Shown here: positions 1 to 11,789 of the stretch, one piece after another
Position numbering within the stretch: position 1 is the stretch's first letter
Layout: every line of letters starts with the position of its first letter
Source of the DNA: Marsupella aquatica
Taxonomy: Eukaryota; Plantae; Marchantiophyta
Assembly (NCBI GenBank): GCA_973895155.1
Contig: OZ316892.1
Coordinates: forward strand, 10,582,283-10,646,282
DNA: 64,000 bases
Direction: 5' to 3'
Program-made: the position numbers and the translations under genes
Notes under the pieces: generated by a model
Databases searched by the model: none
What the model was told of the DNA's origin: nothing
The model's input: only the letters and a program-made list of their open reading frames with translations

Positions 1-569
1 CACTAAAAATTAATGACTCAGATATCTTACGTCCGGATCAGTTCGAAGAGGAGAATTTCCACCCTACGGAGTTCTTGAATACACTCACGTCGAGTGGTTT
101 GTCACCTCATAAGTTGGTAGTGAAAGTTGGATGCCCTATCATTTTACTTTGGATTATAGATCACTCTCCCGATCACTCTTTGGGGTTGTGTAATGGTACC
201 CTGCTAATTGTGAGAGCAATGAATCGTAGTGTCATTGAGGCACGAGTTCTTGTAGGAAAGCATGCAAGGACCCTTACATTTATCCCACAGATTTCGTTGA
301 CATCTGACAAATTACTTCCTTTTTTATTATGTAGGGTCCAAATTCTCACTCAAGTGGCATATGCAATGACCATAAACAAGGTTCAAGGTTAGACTTTAGA
401 ACATGTAGGGTTACAGCTTTCAAAGCCTGTATTTAGTCACGGACAATTTGTGTAGCATTTTCAAGGGCAACATCTTCTACAACTATCAAGGTTTTCCTTT
501 CGGATTCCGAGGAGGGTAACTGAAGCAAGGTTGACAAAAAATGTTGTATATGGTGAGGTTCTTTATTGA
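1..569 (+). pseudogene. Helitron PIF1-like helicase, C-terminal part, disrupted (runs off the left edge of the window)
   Basis: Translation gives F.PTEFLNTLTSSGLSPHKLVVKVGCPIILL...GLCNGT.L...AYAMTINKVQG*TLEHVGLQLSKPVFSHGQ and ends TKNVVYGEVLY* (TGA 567-569). These are the characteristic Helitron helicase C-terminal motifs. There is an in-frame TAG at 390-392 and a frameshift near 450. Confidence 0.92.
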
Positions 570-674
570 ACGCATGAATAAAGATTGCATGTATCACTTT
601 TGTATTAATCTGTTTGACTTTTTGCCTGAATTATATGTTGGCAATGCACAACCATGTTTGCCTCGCCTCAAAAT

Positions 675-1030
675 CTTACCCTCACCTCGACATCTTGCCC
701 TCACCTCGACATCTTACCATCACCTTCACATCTTGCGCTCACCTCAACATCTTGCCCTCACCTCGACATCTTACCATCATCTGCACATCTTGCCCTCACC
801 TCGACATCTTACCATCATCTGCACATCTTGCCCTCACCTCAACATCTTGCCCTCACCTCGACATCTTACCATCATCTCACATCTTGCCCTCACCTTGACA
901 TCTTACCATCATCTCACATCTTGCCCTTGCCTCGACATCTTGCCCTCTACTGGACATCTTGCCTTCACCTCGACATCTTGCCCTCTCCTTGAAATCTTGC
1001 CCTCTCCTCGACATCTTGCCCTCACTCGAA
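675..1030. repeat. ~19-bp minisatellite inside the Helitron 3' region
   Basis: Tandem units of CCCTCACCTCGACATCTTG interleaved with the variant ACCATCATCTGCACATCTTG. This explains the repetitive ORFs at 541-1062, 614-898 and 654-992. Confidence 0.9.
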
Positions 1031-1036
1031 GTCTTT

Positions 1037-1062
1037 CGTGCAACGCACGGGCATGGGGCTAG
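1037..1062 (+). mobile_element. Helitron 3' terminus (hairpin + CTAG)
   Basis: CGTGC-AAC-GCACG hairpin at 1037-1049, then GGCATGGGG and CTAG (1059-1062) followed by T. This is the canonical plant Helitron end, downstream of the helicase on the same strand. Confidence 0.88.
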
Positions 1063-3592
1063 TCCAAGTTATATATTACCTACTGTACTTCTTTTATCAT
1101 ACAATAAATCGATACATATCACTACAAGACAAAAAAGAGGCATTTTCCAGGATGAACATGCTATATTTGAAAACATCCATTTCATATCTAGCTCCCAATT
1201 TAGTGGAGAATTACAGTAGTTAAGGGGTAAGGAGCGGCCAACAGAAAGAAAATGATCTTGGACACTAAACGAAGCCCATACAATTACCAGCATCTAAAAT
1301 GACTTCATAAACAATCCAATACATCCATGTCAATCATGTCATCGATCATTTGTGCCATGCAACAGTTTCAACCCACATCTTGTTTCATTTTCACTGTTAG
1401 CTCCATATTCTCTTGAAATCAGACATTGTGAAATGACACAGTGATCCTCGTCCCACAATTTCATTCAAAGCACACTCCTCTAGTTTGTTGTCAGGTCCTC
1501 AAGACATTTGCAAGCCCGTTTGCAAGCTTGCATTTGAATGTATCAAGTGGCTGATTGGGTTTTGTGAGTAATTTGAGTTTTTCAATTGTTTCCTACAAAG
1601 TGCAAAGGGAAAAAATATAAACCCATCCAAGCTCATGTGTGCACCTTTCTGGCATCCAATGTCTCCGTTGGTAAAATTAATAACAAAAATTGTGGCATTT
1701 ATCATGTACCTTTGGTGCATTTTCTCCACGTTCAAATCCACTGTACTTGACCTCAAGGGATATCCAAGACGAGGCTTCCATCCACCATTGCAAAATGTCA
1801 TTGCTTCATAGTTTGGCCCTAAGGACACCTGTGTCCCACTTATAGACTTATAATTTATACTATATTTGGATCATCAGCTCATCATCCTATTGAAGTGATC
1901 TATCTTTTGTTCAAAATTGACTCAAATTCTGGATTATAGTTAGTTTAGCCTTCCCAGTGTTAGTTAACCTTAGATTAGTTTGGGATGAGATCCATTTATT
2001 TAGGCCCACATATCTTAGTCTCACTTGGGGGTATAGGTTGAAGGGAGGCATTTTATCATGCTATGGATTCTTTAGAAATTTCTTAGTTTATCATAATCAT
2101 GTCTTGTTAGTTTAGTGATTTAAAATTGACTACGCTCTCATATTCAGCTTTTGCTGCCTAGTCTAAATTGAATTATTTTTCCGAGTCTCTCAACCTCTTT
2201 TGCTTTTACTCCATAATTGCATCTTAAATAAGTTTATGGGCCCTTTCAGTACCTTGGTCCTTGTTTTACGCTTTAAATTAAGAGGGAACGCTGACAGAGA
2301 GATTGGTAGCTATATGGTACAATTCATAACCACAACCGTCTACCCTTCATCCATGGTACATTAGCACAATTGGCCAACCATCAGGCGGGCCATCAGGTTC
2401 ACACAAGTCCAATGCAAAACATTAATTTTATAGCTCTCCAGATTATAGCACAAATCCAAGGTTTCTCTGAAGTTCATTTTTAAATTTAAAAACTAGATAT
2501 TATGCCTCATAAATCAGTCATTATGTAAAGATGCTTTAGTTAGACTATTCTTAATATGATTATCAGTACTATAATCTACTATCTAAGCTACTGTTCCTGA
2601 CATACTTCTGACAGTGAAGCCAGTGGCCATGATGTCTCTTCAAAGAAAATGTTGAGATCCAGATAGGCTTGAGGGCAAGGATAATCGAGACGAGTTTGTG
2701 GATAGTCATTAATAACTGTCTGATTTGATTGCCCGTCCCCTACCCGCCTGCTGCCCAGAAATTCAGGAAAACTGCCATTTTTTCCTTAGTGTAACTAGCA
2801 TTGTCTGCATGGACTCCAACCCCTGACCTCTGCCCCCAACAGGTATACCACCAAGCAAGAGTGTGCTGCTTAAAAGCATGGAGACGTTTCTTTTAACCTT
2901 TTATTTTCATTCGGATTTTTCCCGTGGGCAGTGTGTATGGGAAGTCATATGAGAACTCATAAATGACTTCCCAGGGACTCATACCCAGGAATCAAGGAAA
3001 TGGTTCATGGCCTACTCCTGATGCCAATGAAGCTGAAAGCCATAATTTCTCTTCTATCAGATAAAATCTTGATATCTAAAATACGCTTGTGAGTGAGAAA
3101 GGATATCAGGATAATTGATAAACATGCTATATATGGTGAATGCACCTTTCAATATTTTGTCTTATTCAAATTTCTTTTTGTTGTGTATTTTTATTTTAAT
3201 GTGTCTAACAAGGTGCATCCCTTGTATAGTTTAGATTTTGAATTTATACTGGCACCTCTCTAAATTTTTTAATCTTTGCTGTACTTAAGAGCATCCGCCC
3301 TTTAACAAAGCTCATGGAATTTCTAGCCCTTATTTTCACAAGTGAAGGAGAAATGATCTAAATTATAATGTGCACTCCTTGAATGTGTCTTTAAGTTCTA
3401 CTCATGGTTTTGTTTACTAAATTTATGGTTTCAATTAATTTGAGTGTCATTACCTAAGGTAAGTACATAAGTATCTCTACTCATGTACATCATGTGCAGA
3501 GCCCAATACCATACACTTGAAATTTTACTGGTCATTGTTACTTTTCTTACATGTGTACTTTTACTCTTGTACTTTATGTGCACAACTTTTCA

Positions 3593-3640
3593 ATATCATA
3601 GACTTGTACTGGTCTCATATCATAGACTTGTACTGGTCTC
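3593..3640. repeat. 24-bp perfect tandem duplication
   Basis: ATATCATAGACTTGTACTGGTCTC x2. Confidence 0.85.
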
Positions 3641-4264
3641 AGTAAATGCACATCAAAATATGACATATAGGGTGTACAACACCCTGCATACCATGATAAA
3701 CCTGGTTATTTTCTTTCAATCAATGAATGCAATCACATTTTGATGTGTGATTAACTGCAGGGGACTTGTACTCTTCCTAGGCAATATGTCCCCTTTATAT
3801 TTGCCACAAAAGAATTAGATCACCTGTATATCACTAAAAAACAAAAAATAAAACATGTTCCAAAATGAACATGCTATATATCAGGATTCTGGGTACAAGG
3901 AGTACTTTTTCAAAATGTCATTCAGGCTACAACTTTGAATTTATTCTCTGGCTTTCACCAATACTATCTAAATTTTGATCGTTAGAAACTCCAATTTTGA
4001 TAATTATTTATTTCCTGCACTAACCTGATAGTCTAAGGGCAGATAACACAAACCCCTCGGTAAATACTGTAAGTGGACAAGACGACACTATAGCTGCATT
4101 CGGAATCAACCCCCTTGGTACTTCAGGTGTTATATCACGAAGATCTTAGCTGCATTCAATAAAGGGAATCAACCACCTCGGTACTTAAGTTAAGTGGACG
4201 AAGAAATCTTAGCTACGTTCACAAAATGAAATTCAATGAAAGCCTTAGAGGCAACAAAAAAAAG

Positions 4265-4268
<4 letters not shown>

Positions 4269-4297
<29 letters not shown>
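4269..4297. repeat. (TA)n microsatellite
   Basis: Uninterrupted TA run. Confidence 0.95.
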
Positions 4298-4299
<2 letters not shown>

Positions 4300-4452
4300 T
4301 CTCAATAGTGGAAGTCGAAAAAAAGTATACATTCAATAAATAAATGCAATTCTTTGAAATCTTTGAAATCAGAAAATTATGTTTGTTCAACAAGTTGAAG
4401 TAGATAAAATCTCTGCAATCTTTCAAGGCAAAAATATATAATAATTACGTAA

Positions 4453-4589
4453 ACAACTACCTCATTGAATTCCATGAAGAAGATCTTTAGCTGAGCGAAC
4501 ACAATCACCTCACTGAATTCCATGACGAAGATCGCTAGCTGCACGAAGACAATCACCTCATTGAATTGCATGAGGAAGATCTCTAGCTC
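4453..4589. repeat. 48-bp tandem repeat (~3 copies) upstream of the RER gene
   Basis: ACAATCACCTCA(T/C)TGAATTCCATGA.GAAGATC..TAGCT units start at 4453, 4501 and 4549. Related degenerate units with GAAGATCTTAGCTGCATTC occur at ~4050-4220. Confidence 0.85.
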
Positions 4590-4883
4590 TGATTGCTGGG
4601 GCTGAGGTTTAGCATACAGGAGTGTAGCAAGAGAATCAGCCAAGCGACAAGACGTTGCTTGAAGCTAAGAAGAGCGTCGTTGCAACTCTTTTATCATTTC
4701 GTTGCAGCTGCTGCTGTTGTTGTTTGGAGATCGTCGGTGCTGTTCTCGGATCCGATGCTGCACGACAGACGGTTGCTACCCTGGTGAGAATCTCTATCAG
4801 ATACCGGGGCGAGATCTCTTTGACAGACACGCGGACTGTCCTGTGCCGTTCCCCCCGTTTTTTTCATTTCAAGTTGATTTCCG

Positions 4884-5946
4884 GTACGTGTTCATTCAAA
4901 GGGAAGCTTGTCTGTGGCCCGAGTCACAGTAATGCTTGATCTAGAATGTAATGTATGACATTGTCGTCTGTTGGAGTCAGGGTTTTTCCTACCATAAAGA
5001 TATCTCCGTTGTTGCTACCTGTCTGCGATCTTTGTTGGGCCTTGCGTTCTGTACCATCGAAATTGGTTTTCCGGGTGTTTCTGGAAGACTGTTCATTGTA
5101 GTTGATATGGAAAGTAACTATGACACCGCTTGGAAACTTCAGAGTTGGAAGTCGGGTCCTGGGTATTTCTCTCGAGATTGAAGTGACCACGTGAATGAGT
5201 ACTGCTTCACTTGAGAGTTGACGATCTAAATGTCGATGAGTGCATAGCATGTTAGTTTTCTTTCCATGCTTTCCCTCTCAAGAAGTGAGTGCAACTTACG
5301 TGGTGTGGGTTGCTGTAGTCGTATTGTGGCGTTTGGGTCGAGAGATTTGCTGTGGTCGGAGTTCTTGAGCTCTACTTCTGGAGTTTGTCATTGCAAATAT
5401 GTAGGAGTTGAGGGGTCCTTCTTCTTTCCTTCGTCATTTATTATTACGTCAGTTTTGATCGACTATCTGTGGAGTTTGTCTGCTTTGCTGTTTTTCATTG
5501 TGCAAGAACTTTTGGTTTACTTCTGAATCCTGGATCTTATGACTCTTGTAATTCTACATTCTGTTTGCAGTCGGTTGCCACATTCAATGGATTGAGACCG
5601 TGTCCCTTGCTGATGCGAATAGCCACCTTCTTCCTGCCTGTAGCTCCTCGGAAGTTGACCATCACCGCCGCTGTAAGCTTTCACACCGTATTCCCTTGGA
5701 ATGAAATGACGCGACGAAAAAATTATATATACCTTAAGAAACAACCGCCTTCATGTTATGAAGTATGTGGGTTTAGGGGTTGTTTGGAGTCTTGGTTTGA
5801 GGCTGGCTCACTTCTTTAGTAGCAGCATGTGATCCGAATTCCAAAGAGACAATCATGTAGACTATATAACATCTTTTGTTGTCATCGGGGAACATGCATT
5901 TAATGACTCGAAATAGTACTGCCTTTTTTGTAATCTTCTACTGTAG
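4884..5946 (+). other. Probable 5'-UTR intron of the RER gene
   Basis: Donor CCG|GTACGT at 4884 and a pyrimidine-rich acceptor TCTTCTACTGTAG| ending at 5946, 7 nt before ATG 5954. No transcript evidence is available. Confidence 0.45.
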
Positions 5947-5953
5947 ATTCGCG

Positions 5954-7171
5954 ATGGCTATTTCATGTGGTTTTACGGGCGTCCTGTCGACTGTGACTGG
6001 AACTCCCGCTGCTGCGATGTCCTATCGATCGAAGAAGTACGTCTCGGGGAAATTCTTGGATTTCGCTACTTTCTGTAACGAATCTGCTCGGAGACCGACG
6101 GCTGCCCTGCGGCTATGTGGTGCGGTTGGTATTGGCCCTGGATATGGCTTCTCAAAGAATTCGGAGTCTTTGAGCACGAGGAGGAACAGGGAGGAAACTG
6201 ATCGACTCTTTCGCCTGTCAGTCTCGTCCTCTTCTTCTCTGTCTTCCGTTTCCTACATTGAGAAGGCCACCTCGGAGGCTTCTCTGGATCACGGGGATGG
6301 CGGGGATGGTTTCAATGGGCGTGGGGGAGGGCATGGTGGTGGAGGTGGTAGTGGAGGCAATGGATCTGGTGGTGGAGATGGACCAAGACCAACACCAGGA
6401 GGAAATGCAGATGGAGGCGGTATTCTGGGCTCTTTCATTAGAGGCTGGGATGCTCGAGTAAGAGCTGATCCGCAATTTGCCTTCAAGGTTTTGATGGAGG
6501 AGATTATTGGTGTGGGAATGTGTGTCCTCGGAGATATGGCAACTAGGCCCAACTTTGGCCTCGATGAGCTCGATCTCGTATATTCCACGCTTGTAGTGGG
6601 ATCCATATTGAACTTCACACTTATGTACATGCTAGCTCCAACCTCTGCAGCTGGCGCGGTGACCTCAAAATTGCCGGGCATATTTGCCAGCTCCCCTGCC
6701 GGACACATGTGGGAGTCCGGGTCGTACTCACCACTAGAAAGGTTCGGCACATTCGTGTATAAAGGCGTGCAATTTGCTGGCGTGGGGTTTTTTGCAGGTC
6801 TTATTGGCACGGGGATATCGAGTTCGCTCATTAATGTACGGCAGAAGATGGATCCCAATTTCGTTTCTCAAAACTCCACTCCTCCAATCCTTCTCAACTC
6901 GGCAACATGGGCGGCTCATATGGGCCTTAGTAGCAATGCTAGGTATCAAGCTCTCAACGGGTTGGAGTTCGCTCTGGCGAAGGCATTGAGCCCTGGTACT
7001 TTCAGAATCTGTGTACCTGTCCTCCGTGGCTTGAATAATGTGCTTGGCGGTGTCTCGTTTGTGGCTTTGGCTAGGTTGACTGGCTCACAACCCAGCGACA
7101 CCAGTGTGCCTCCGGAGAGTCCGCAGAATGATGAATGCTCTCCGTTGGAGCCTGCGGTTGCAAGTGCTTAA
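5954..7171 (+). CDS. RER3: RETICULATA-RELATED protein (RER2/RER3-like, DUF3411), chloroplast envelope; 405 aa, single coding exon
   Basis: Ser/Ala-rich transit-peptide-like N-terminus, a Gly-rich linker, then GWDARVRADPQFAFKVLMEEIIGVGMCVLGDMATRPNFGLDELDLVYSTLVVGSILNFTLMYMLAPT...SSNARYQALNGLEF...NNVLGGVSFV, which is typical of RER2/3. ATG 5954 (MAISCG) is preferred over the ORF-track start at 5876, a TTG in the presumed intron. Confidence 0.92.
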   Translation: MAISCGFTGVLSTVTGTPAAAMSYRSKKYVSGKFLDFATFCNESARRPTAALRLCGAVGIGPGYGFSKNSESLSTRRNREETDRLFRLSVSSSSSLSSVSYIEKATSEASLDHGDGGDGFNGRGGGHGGGGGSGGNGSGGGDGPRPTPGGNADGGGILGSFIRGWDARVRADPQFAFKVLMEEIIGVGMCVLGDMATRPNFGLDELDLVYSTLVVGSILNFTLMYMLAPTSAAGAVTSKLPGIFASSPAGHMWESGSYSPLERFGTFVYKGVQFAGVGFFAGLIGTGISSSLINVRQKMDPNFVSQNSTPPILLNSATWAAHMGLSSNARYQALNGLEFALAKALSPGTFRICVPVLRGLNNVLGGVSFVALARLTGSQPSDTSVPPESPQNDECSPLEPAVASA

Positions 7172-7929
7172 TTATTCCAGCGGAAGAAAGAATATGGAAA
7201 GTGGTGGAGTTCAAATTTTGACAAAGGGATGTGTCTGGCCCTACAGTCATATCCTTCGATGTTTAATATGGTAGCCCTCCCAAGACGTATCGTTGTTTCT
7301 ACGACCCCCGCTACGACCCCAATGGCTGATGGCCGTCAAAACATGACATAGAAAGTGGTTGAATGTCGAAGATTAGTACCGGAATTCAACCTCGAGCATT
7401 CTACATGAACCATCAGCATTCTACATGACTTATTTGCGGGGTTGTAGAATGCGAGAATTCACCAACTCGGAGATATAAACGGAGAGAAACATTCAGAGCC
7501 AGGTCCCAACCTCAATGTCCAGTGCTCAGGACTTGTTGGATCTGTCATTATACCTTTTTCATAGTTCATCAGGACTCAGGTCCTGGGGAAGACTCCGGAC
7601 GCGTAGTTTGTAGTGGGCCAGAGAAAACTACGCGTCATAGTGAGGACAATGTCATGGGTTTGTAGGTACATACATGTCTAATTATTCGTCTCGATGCTTT
7701 ATTGTCCGGATGGAACATCATGAGTTTCTATTCTTGTTACTTGGAAATGATTGTGTTCGGCTCCAACCGGGATGCCCAATCCAAAGCCTCAGTGGGGATG
7801 GAGTAATGATGGATACAAAATCCACAATGTTAGGAATACATTTGTAGTCATCAGCATTAGTTGAAAAGATAGAAGCCCTCGTCGACTTGCAGGGACCCCG
7901 TTTTGATTATCTTTGCAATAGAATGTCTA

Positions 7930-8300
7930 TTCATCAGAGGAGGACTGTCCCTTTGGATTCGAAGGATTGTCTGTCATGGGAGCTTCCGCCAAGTTAATTT
8001 CCAGCCCTCGAAACGGAGATATCTAACTAGACTTTCTCTTGACAAGCTCTGCAATACAATGTCGTTGTGCATTCTTTTTGGAGGAGCAACGTTTGGAAGG
8101 ATTTTCAGCCCTCGAAAAGCAGGATATTGATTAGTGACCATTGTCCAGAGCTTTTGATTAGAAGGGCCCAGGAAGTTTGTAAGCAGGATATCTTCTTCAA
8201 TTGCAGGAAGATGTTGAATACTTCCAAATGGCACTGGATTTTTGTAGCCAGGGCAGGAGAAAATAAGACAGTGAGCTTGACTAGGTTCAGACTCTGTCAT
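7930..8300 (+). pseudogene. Degenerate leucine-rich-repeat fragment (NLR-type LRR relic)
   Basis: Across shifted frames: ELPPS*FPALETEI, GFSALEKQDID**, ISDHCPEL, IFFNCRKM, ILPNGTGFL. These resemble 'FPALExLxIxxCPxLxxLPxG' LRR units. Several stops and frameshifts. Confidence 0.4.
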
Positions 8301-9100
8301 GTGAAAAGCGGGTGTATTGTTTATCATCTAAGCCTAGTAAGCTCACTACTCTCATCTCCTTGGAGATATTCTCTCTTTTCGGGCTAAAGAATTTATCTCC
8401 ATGCACGATGATCTTATTTACAAGATTCCTTGAGTCCTTATTAAATCGCCACAGTTTTCACCATTTTTAGTATTTTTCCTTAAATTGTGGAGCAAAGTCT
8501 CACCCTAGAGGAGTAATGTGAAAACTAAGGGAAGATTCTTGGACACTTCTCACGTGCCCCTATAAAGGGCTACGGGTAACCCATAGTTCTCATTGTAAAG
8601 AGAAATTGTTCAAGAATGTACTTTGAGCTCCACAAAAGGTCCTGATTGTAAAACTTTTTTTTACAAGTATTTCACAAAAGGTGCTAATGTTCCATCTTTT
8701 ATGGTGAGTAGTGAGATATGGAATAAGGCTTTTATAGTGGCAGGTGTGGTTTAAGCAGAACTCGAGTCCACTATCTCTAACAATCAGATTTATTACACTT
8801 TTCATATGATAGTCTTAGTTTCTCTACCATGACAATGTATATTCATGTCATGGCCAGATTGATTGGTTTTTGTTCATCCATTGTATATATCGCTGCCAAT
8901 GAACAAAATGGGCCTAACGTACTGGGATCCCAGAATCCTGAAGGTAGGAGACCCAATAAAGGGGGAAAATCCAATCCTCAGCAAAATCCAACCCAGGAGG
9001 ACCAAGGAGACAAAGCCAGGCAGAAGAATTAAAGTCCTATTGAGCATTCCCTGTTGGCAGCTGTAGGCTGCTGGTTGGATTGTTGGCTCTTTGGCTGCAA

Positions 9101-9247
9101 AGAACTAAAGCCCTAATGAGCATTTTCTGTCACTTGGCTGTTCTATGGGCGCTGCTTGGGTCATAAGTGCATATAGTGCACTTATAACTGAACCCCAGGC
9201 CAGCAACAGCCAACAGAAAATGGTCAGTAAGGCTTAGTTTTAGTTCT
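9101..9247. repeat. ~147-bp imperfect foldback (inverted repeat)
   Basis: Left arm AGAACTAAAGCCCTAATGAGCATTTTCTG..TTGGCTGTT..ATAAGTGCA pairs with right arm TGCACTTAT..AACAGCCAA-CAGAAAATGGTCAGTAAGGCTTAGTTTTAGTTCT around a TATAG loop at ~9171-9175. Confidence 0.75.
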
Positions 9248-11789
9248 CCACTTGGGACACTCATGCATGGACAGGTTAAGTAGGACCACCAAGTCTATGT
9301 ATTTTGATTACATGCTTTTGTCAACAAATTTAAGTGATGTTCCAATGGGCCCAAGCCCACACCATCTTTCTAAAATCCCTTGTCTTAATAGTGCTAATGC
9401 ACCTTCTTGGCGCTTGCAGAGCCAGAAGATATCAATGGATGTACCCTTGCAGAATTAGTCTATATATACTTCCCACCCTTATTGGGCTTCTTGCCATTCT
9501 TGCCATTGGGATCCTGTCTCCTGGTATGACATTTTTGGTCTTTGACTGGGTTATATATATTTTGGATGTTAACCGCTAGCGAGACCGCTAGTACATTTAT
9601 GTTAGCTTAATCTTTTTTATATTAGTAGGTGGGTCTCAGTCATTTCTTTCTCTTGGCATTTTTTGGGTTCCTGGGCCTTTGGGGACCTTTTCCACTTTTT
9701 TTCTCTTGTTGTGCTTTGTTGGCACTTTTTCAGTAAATTTGCTTCAATTTCAATTAATTTTTTTAGAAACTCAAGACTCTAGGAATACTTCTCTTAGTGT
9801 GATCTGAAATTATGTTGAATAAATGGAGTTACACCTAACAGTAGAGGGTAAACTCAGAAATTATTTGCGGTTAGTTAAGCCCAGAAATCAGTAAACCGTG
9901 AAAACTATCCTGGCAGCCGTTGACTGACAAAAACGCATTGGGTTTATTGAGGGCTCCTTTGAAGCAGCTTTTGCATGAGAGCATGTGGCAACGAGGACAG
10001 TCGCTGAGATCTAAGTCATCATTCAGCATCGACTCCACCATAGCCAAGCTCCACTTTCCCTGTGAGAGATGTCCTGATCGCTCATTGTTCTTTGTGCATG
10101 AAGGACGACTGTGTATGTCAATTTCTCAAGAGCTTATTTACGAACTGCACATCAAAGCTGCACCTAGGCCCATGGTTCACTGTGCATGAAGTCTCCATGA
10201 TTGCTCACTGTCCACAAAGTTTCCATTGCAACTCTCTAAGTGAACATAAGAACTCTGTGTGACTTAGGGAAAGGTACTCTGACTTGTTAGCATTTGGGCA
10301 ATTCAACCCCTATTCTAACACACTGGGCAAATGTTGATGATGAGGTCTGGTGAGAGACTGGCATGGTAGTCAAGGAGGAGAGAGGGGGGGGGGGGGGGGC
10401 GAGGAAGATTCATTGTGACCAAAACACTCTTTCATCACATGCCCTGTTTGCTAGAATCAGAAACTTTATTTATGCAGACCCCAAGAAATTTTGTAGCTGG
10501 AGGGATCTTTAGACCTAGGAAAAATCTTAAATGAGGGCACTTGTGATTGAGTCACAGCTAGTAAATGAAATAACACAAAACTAGACTCACATGAGCTTGT
10601 CCAGAGGAGAATATTGGGATTTGTCCTCAAGGGATGTCCAAAAGACAAAATGTTCCATCTAGCATTGAAAGTGTCATAAAATTGCAGTTTTGGCAGACTA
10701 TGTATCTTGCCTACTGTAAATGTTCATGCAACGACGAAAGATATATTTCTTAAATTTTTAACACTGAAGAGGAAATCATACCTTTCTCCTTATACTGTTC
10801 TGGTCTCCTCCTGCGCTATATGCGCCAGACAGTACTCCACTTGATTTTGGTTTATAGGACATCCAATTTCAGGAAAATAAAATAAAATGCACCAGGTGGA
10901 CACATAAAACCTTCTTCTTCTTCTTCTTCTTGGAAACACGTAAAACCTTCAACCCGAGGACTGAATTCTGATAGTATTTTTAGAGAAACTTCCAACGCAT
11001 ATGTACTACTGCAAGTCATTTTAATTTATTTCCATGAAGATTATAAGCAAAAACCCAAAACCAGTGTAGGCAAATGAGACAAAAAAAAATCATATCATTT
11101 ACTTCGCAAACCCAACAGCCCAATAAGCAAAGTCCTAAGGAGTTCAATACTGAAGTATCTAAAGCCCAGCACTACAAGAAGTTCACCTTGGATAATAATA
11201 ATAGTAATTATTATTATTATTTCAAAGACTCTCATTATCAGCAATCCTCTAGTTCAGTAGACAAGAAAGGTAAAGAGGGAGAATGGTCTTGAGGTTAGCA
11301 TCTTCAAGATGGGGAAACATAGGAAATGGTTTCCCTTTCTGATTCTCTAAATGTTTGGAGTTTTCCTGCACGGATGGGAGTAAATAGCACTCAAGGTTTA
11401 CTGTAGCTGCCAGAGTTTGAGATTTTGAAGTACGACATACATTCCCTCTTTTTGTCTTATTAGTAATGCGAGTGAGGGGCCACGGTTCATTTCCACATGT
11501 TAAAAAGTTATTCGAAAAGCCATCTCCAACCTAGACAAGGTCAACTGCTGGTAACGTTCTTATTCCCTTTGGTGAGTGGCTTTCTTTCCTGAAAATCCTA
11601 TGAATTTAAGATGTATGTGTCAGATGTTATGCAAATAGACATGGATCTGAGCTTCCTTTAGTAAGGAGGCTGATAGTACAATGAAAACACAAAACTTGAT
11701 GTGCTAGAAATATCAGTGTTGAGCTAGAATATTAGGTACATAATTAAGTTGTTCTGCCGTAGGCACTATGTCCACGCATTGGAACCTAA

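Noticed and set aside
541-1062. His/Pro/Leu-rich ORFs (173, 94 and 112 aa)
   Set aside because: They are translations of the 19-bp minisatellite in different frames.
4377-4643. 88-aa hydrophobic ORF with 16-aa repeats
   Set aside because: It has a non-ATG start and is simply the 48-bp tandem array read on the minus strand.
6289-6858. 189-aa Pro-rich antisense ORF
   Set aside because: It is the mirror of the Gly-rich RER coding strand.
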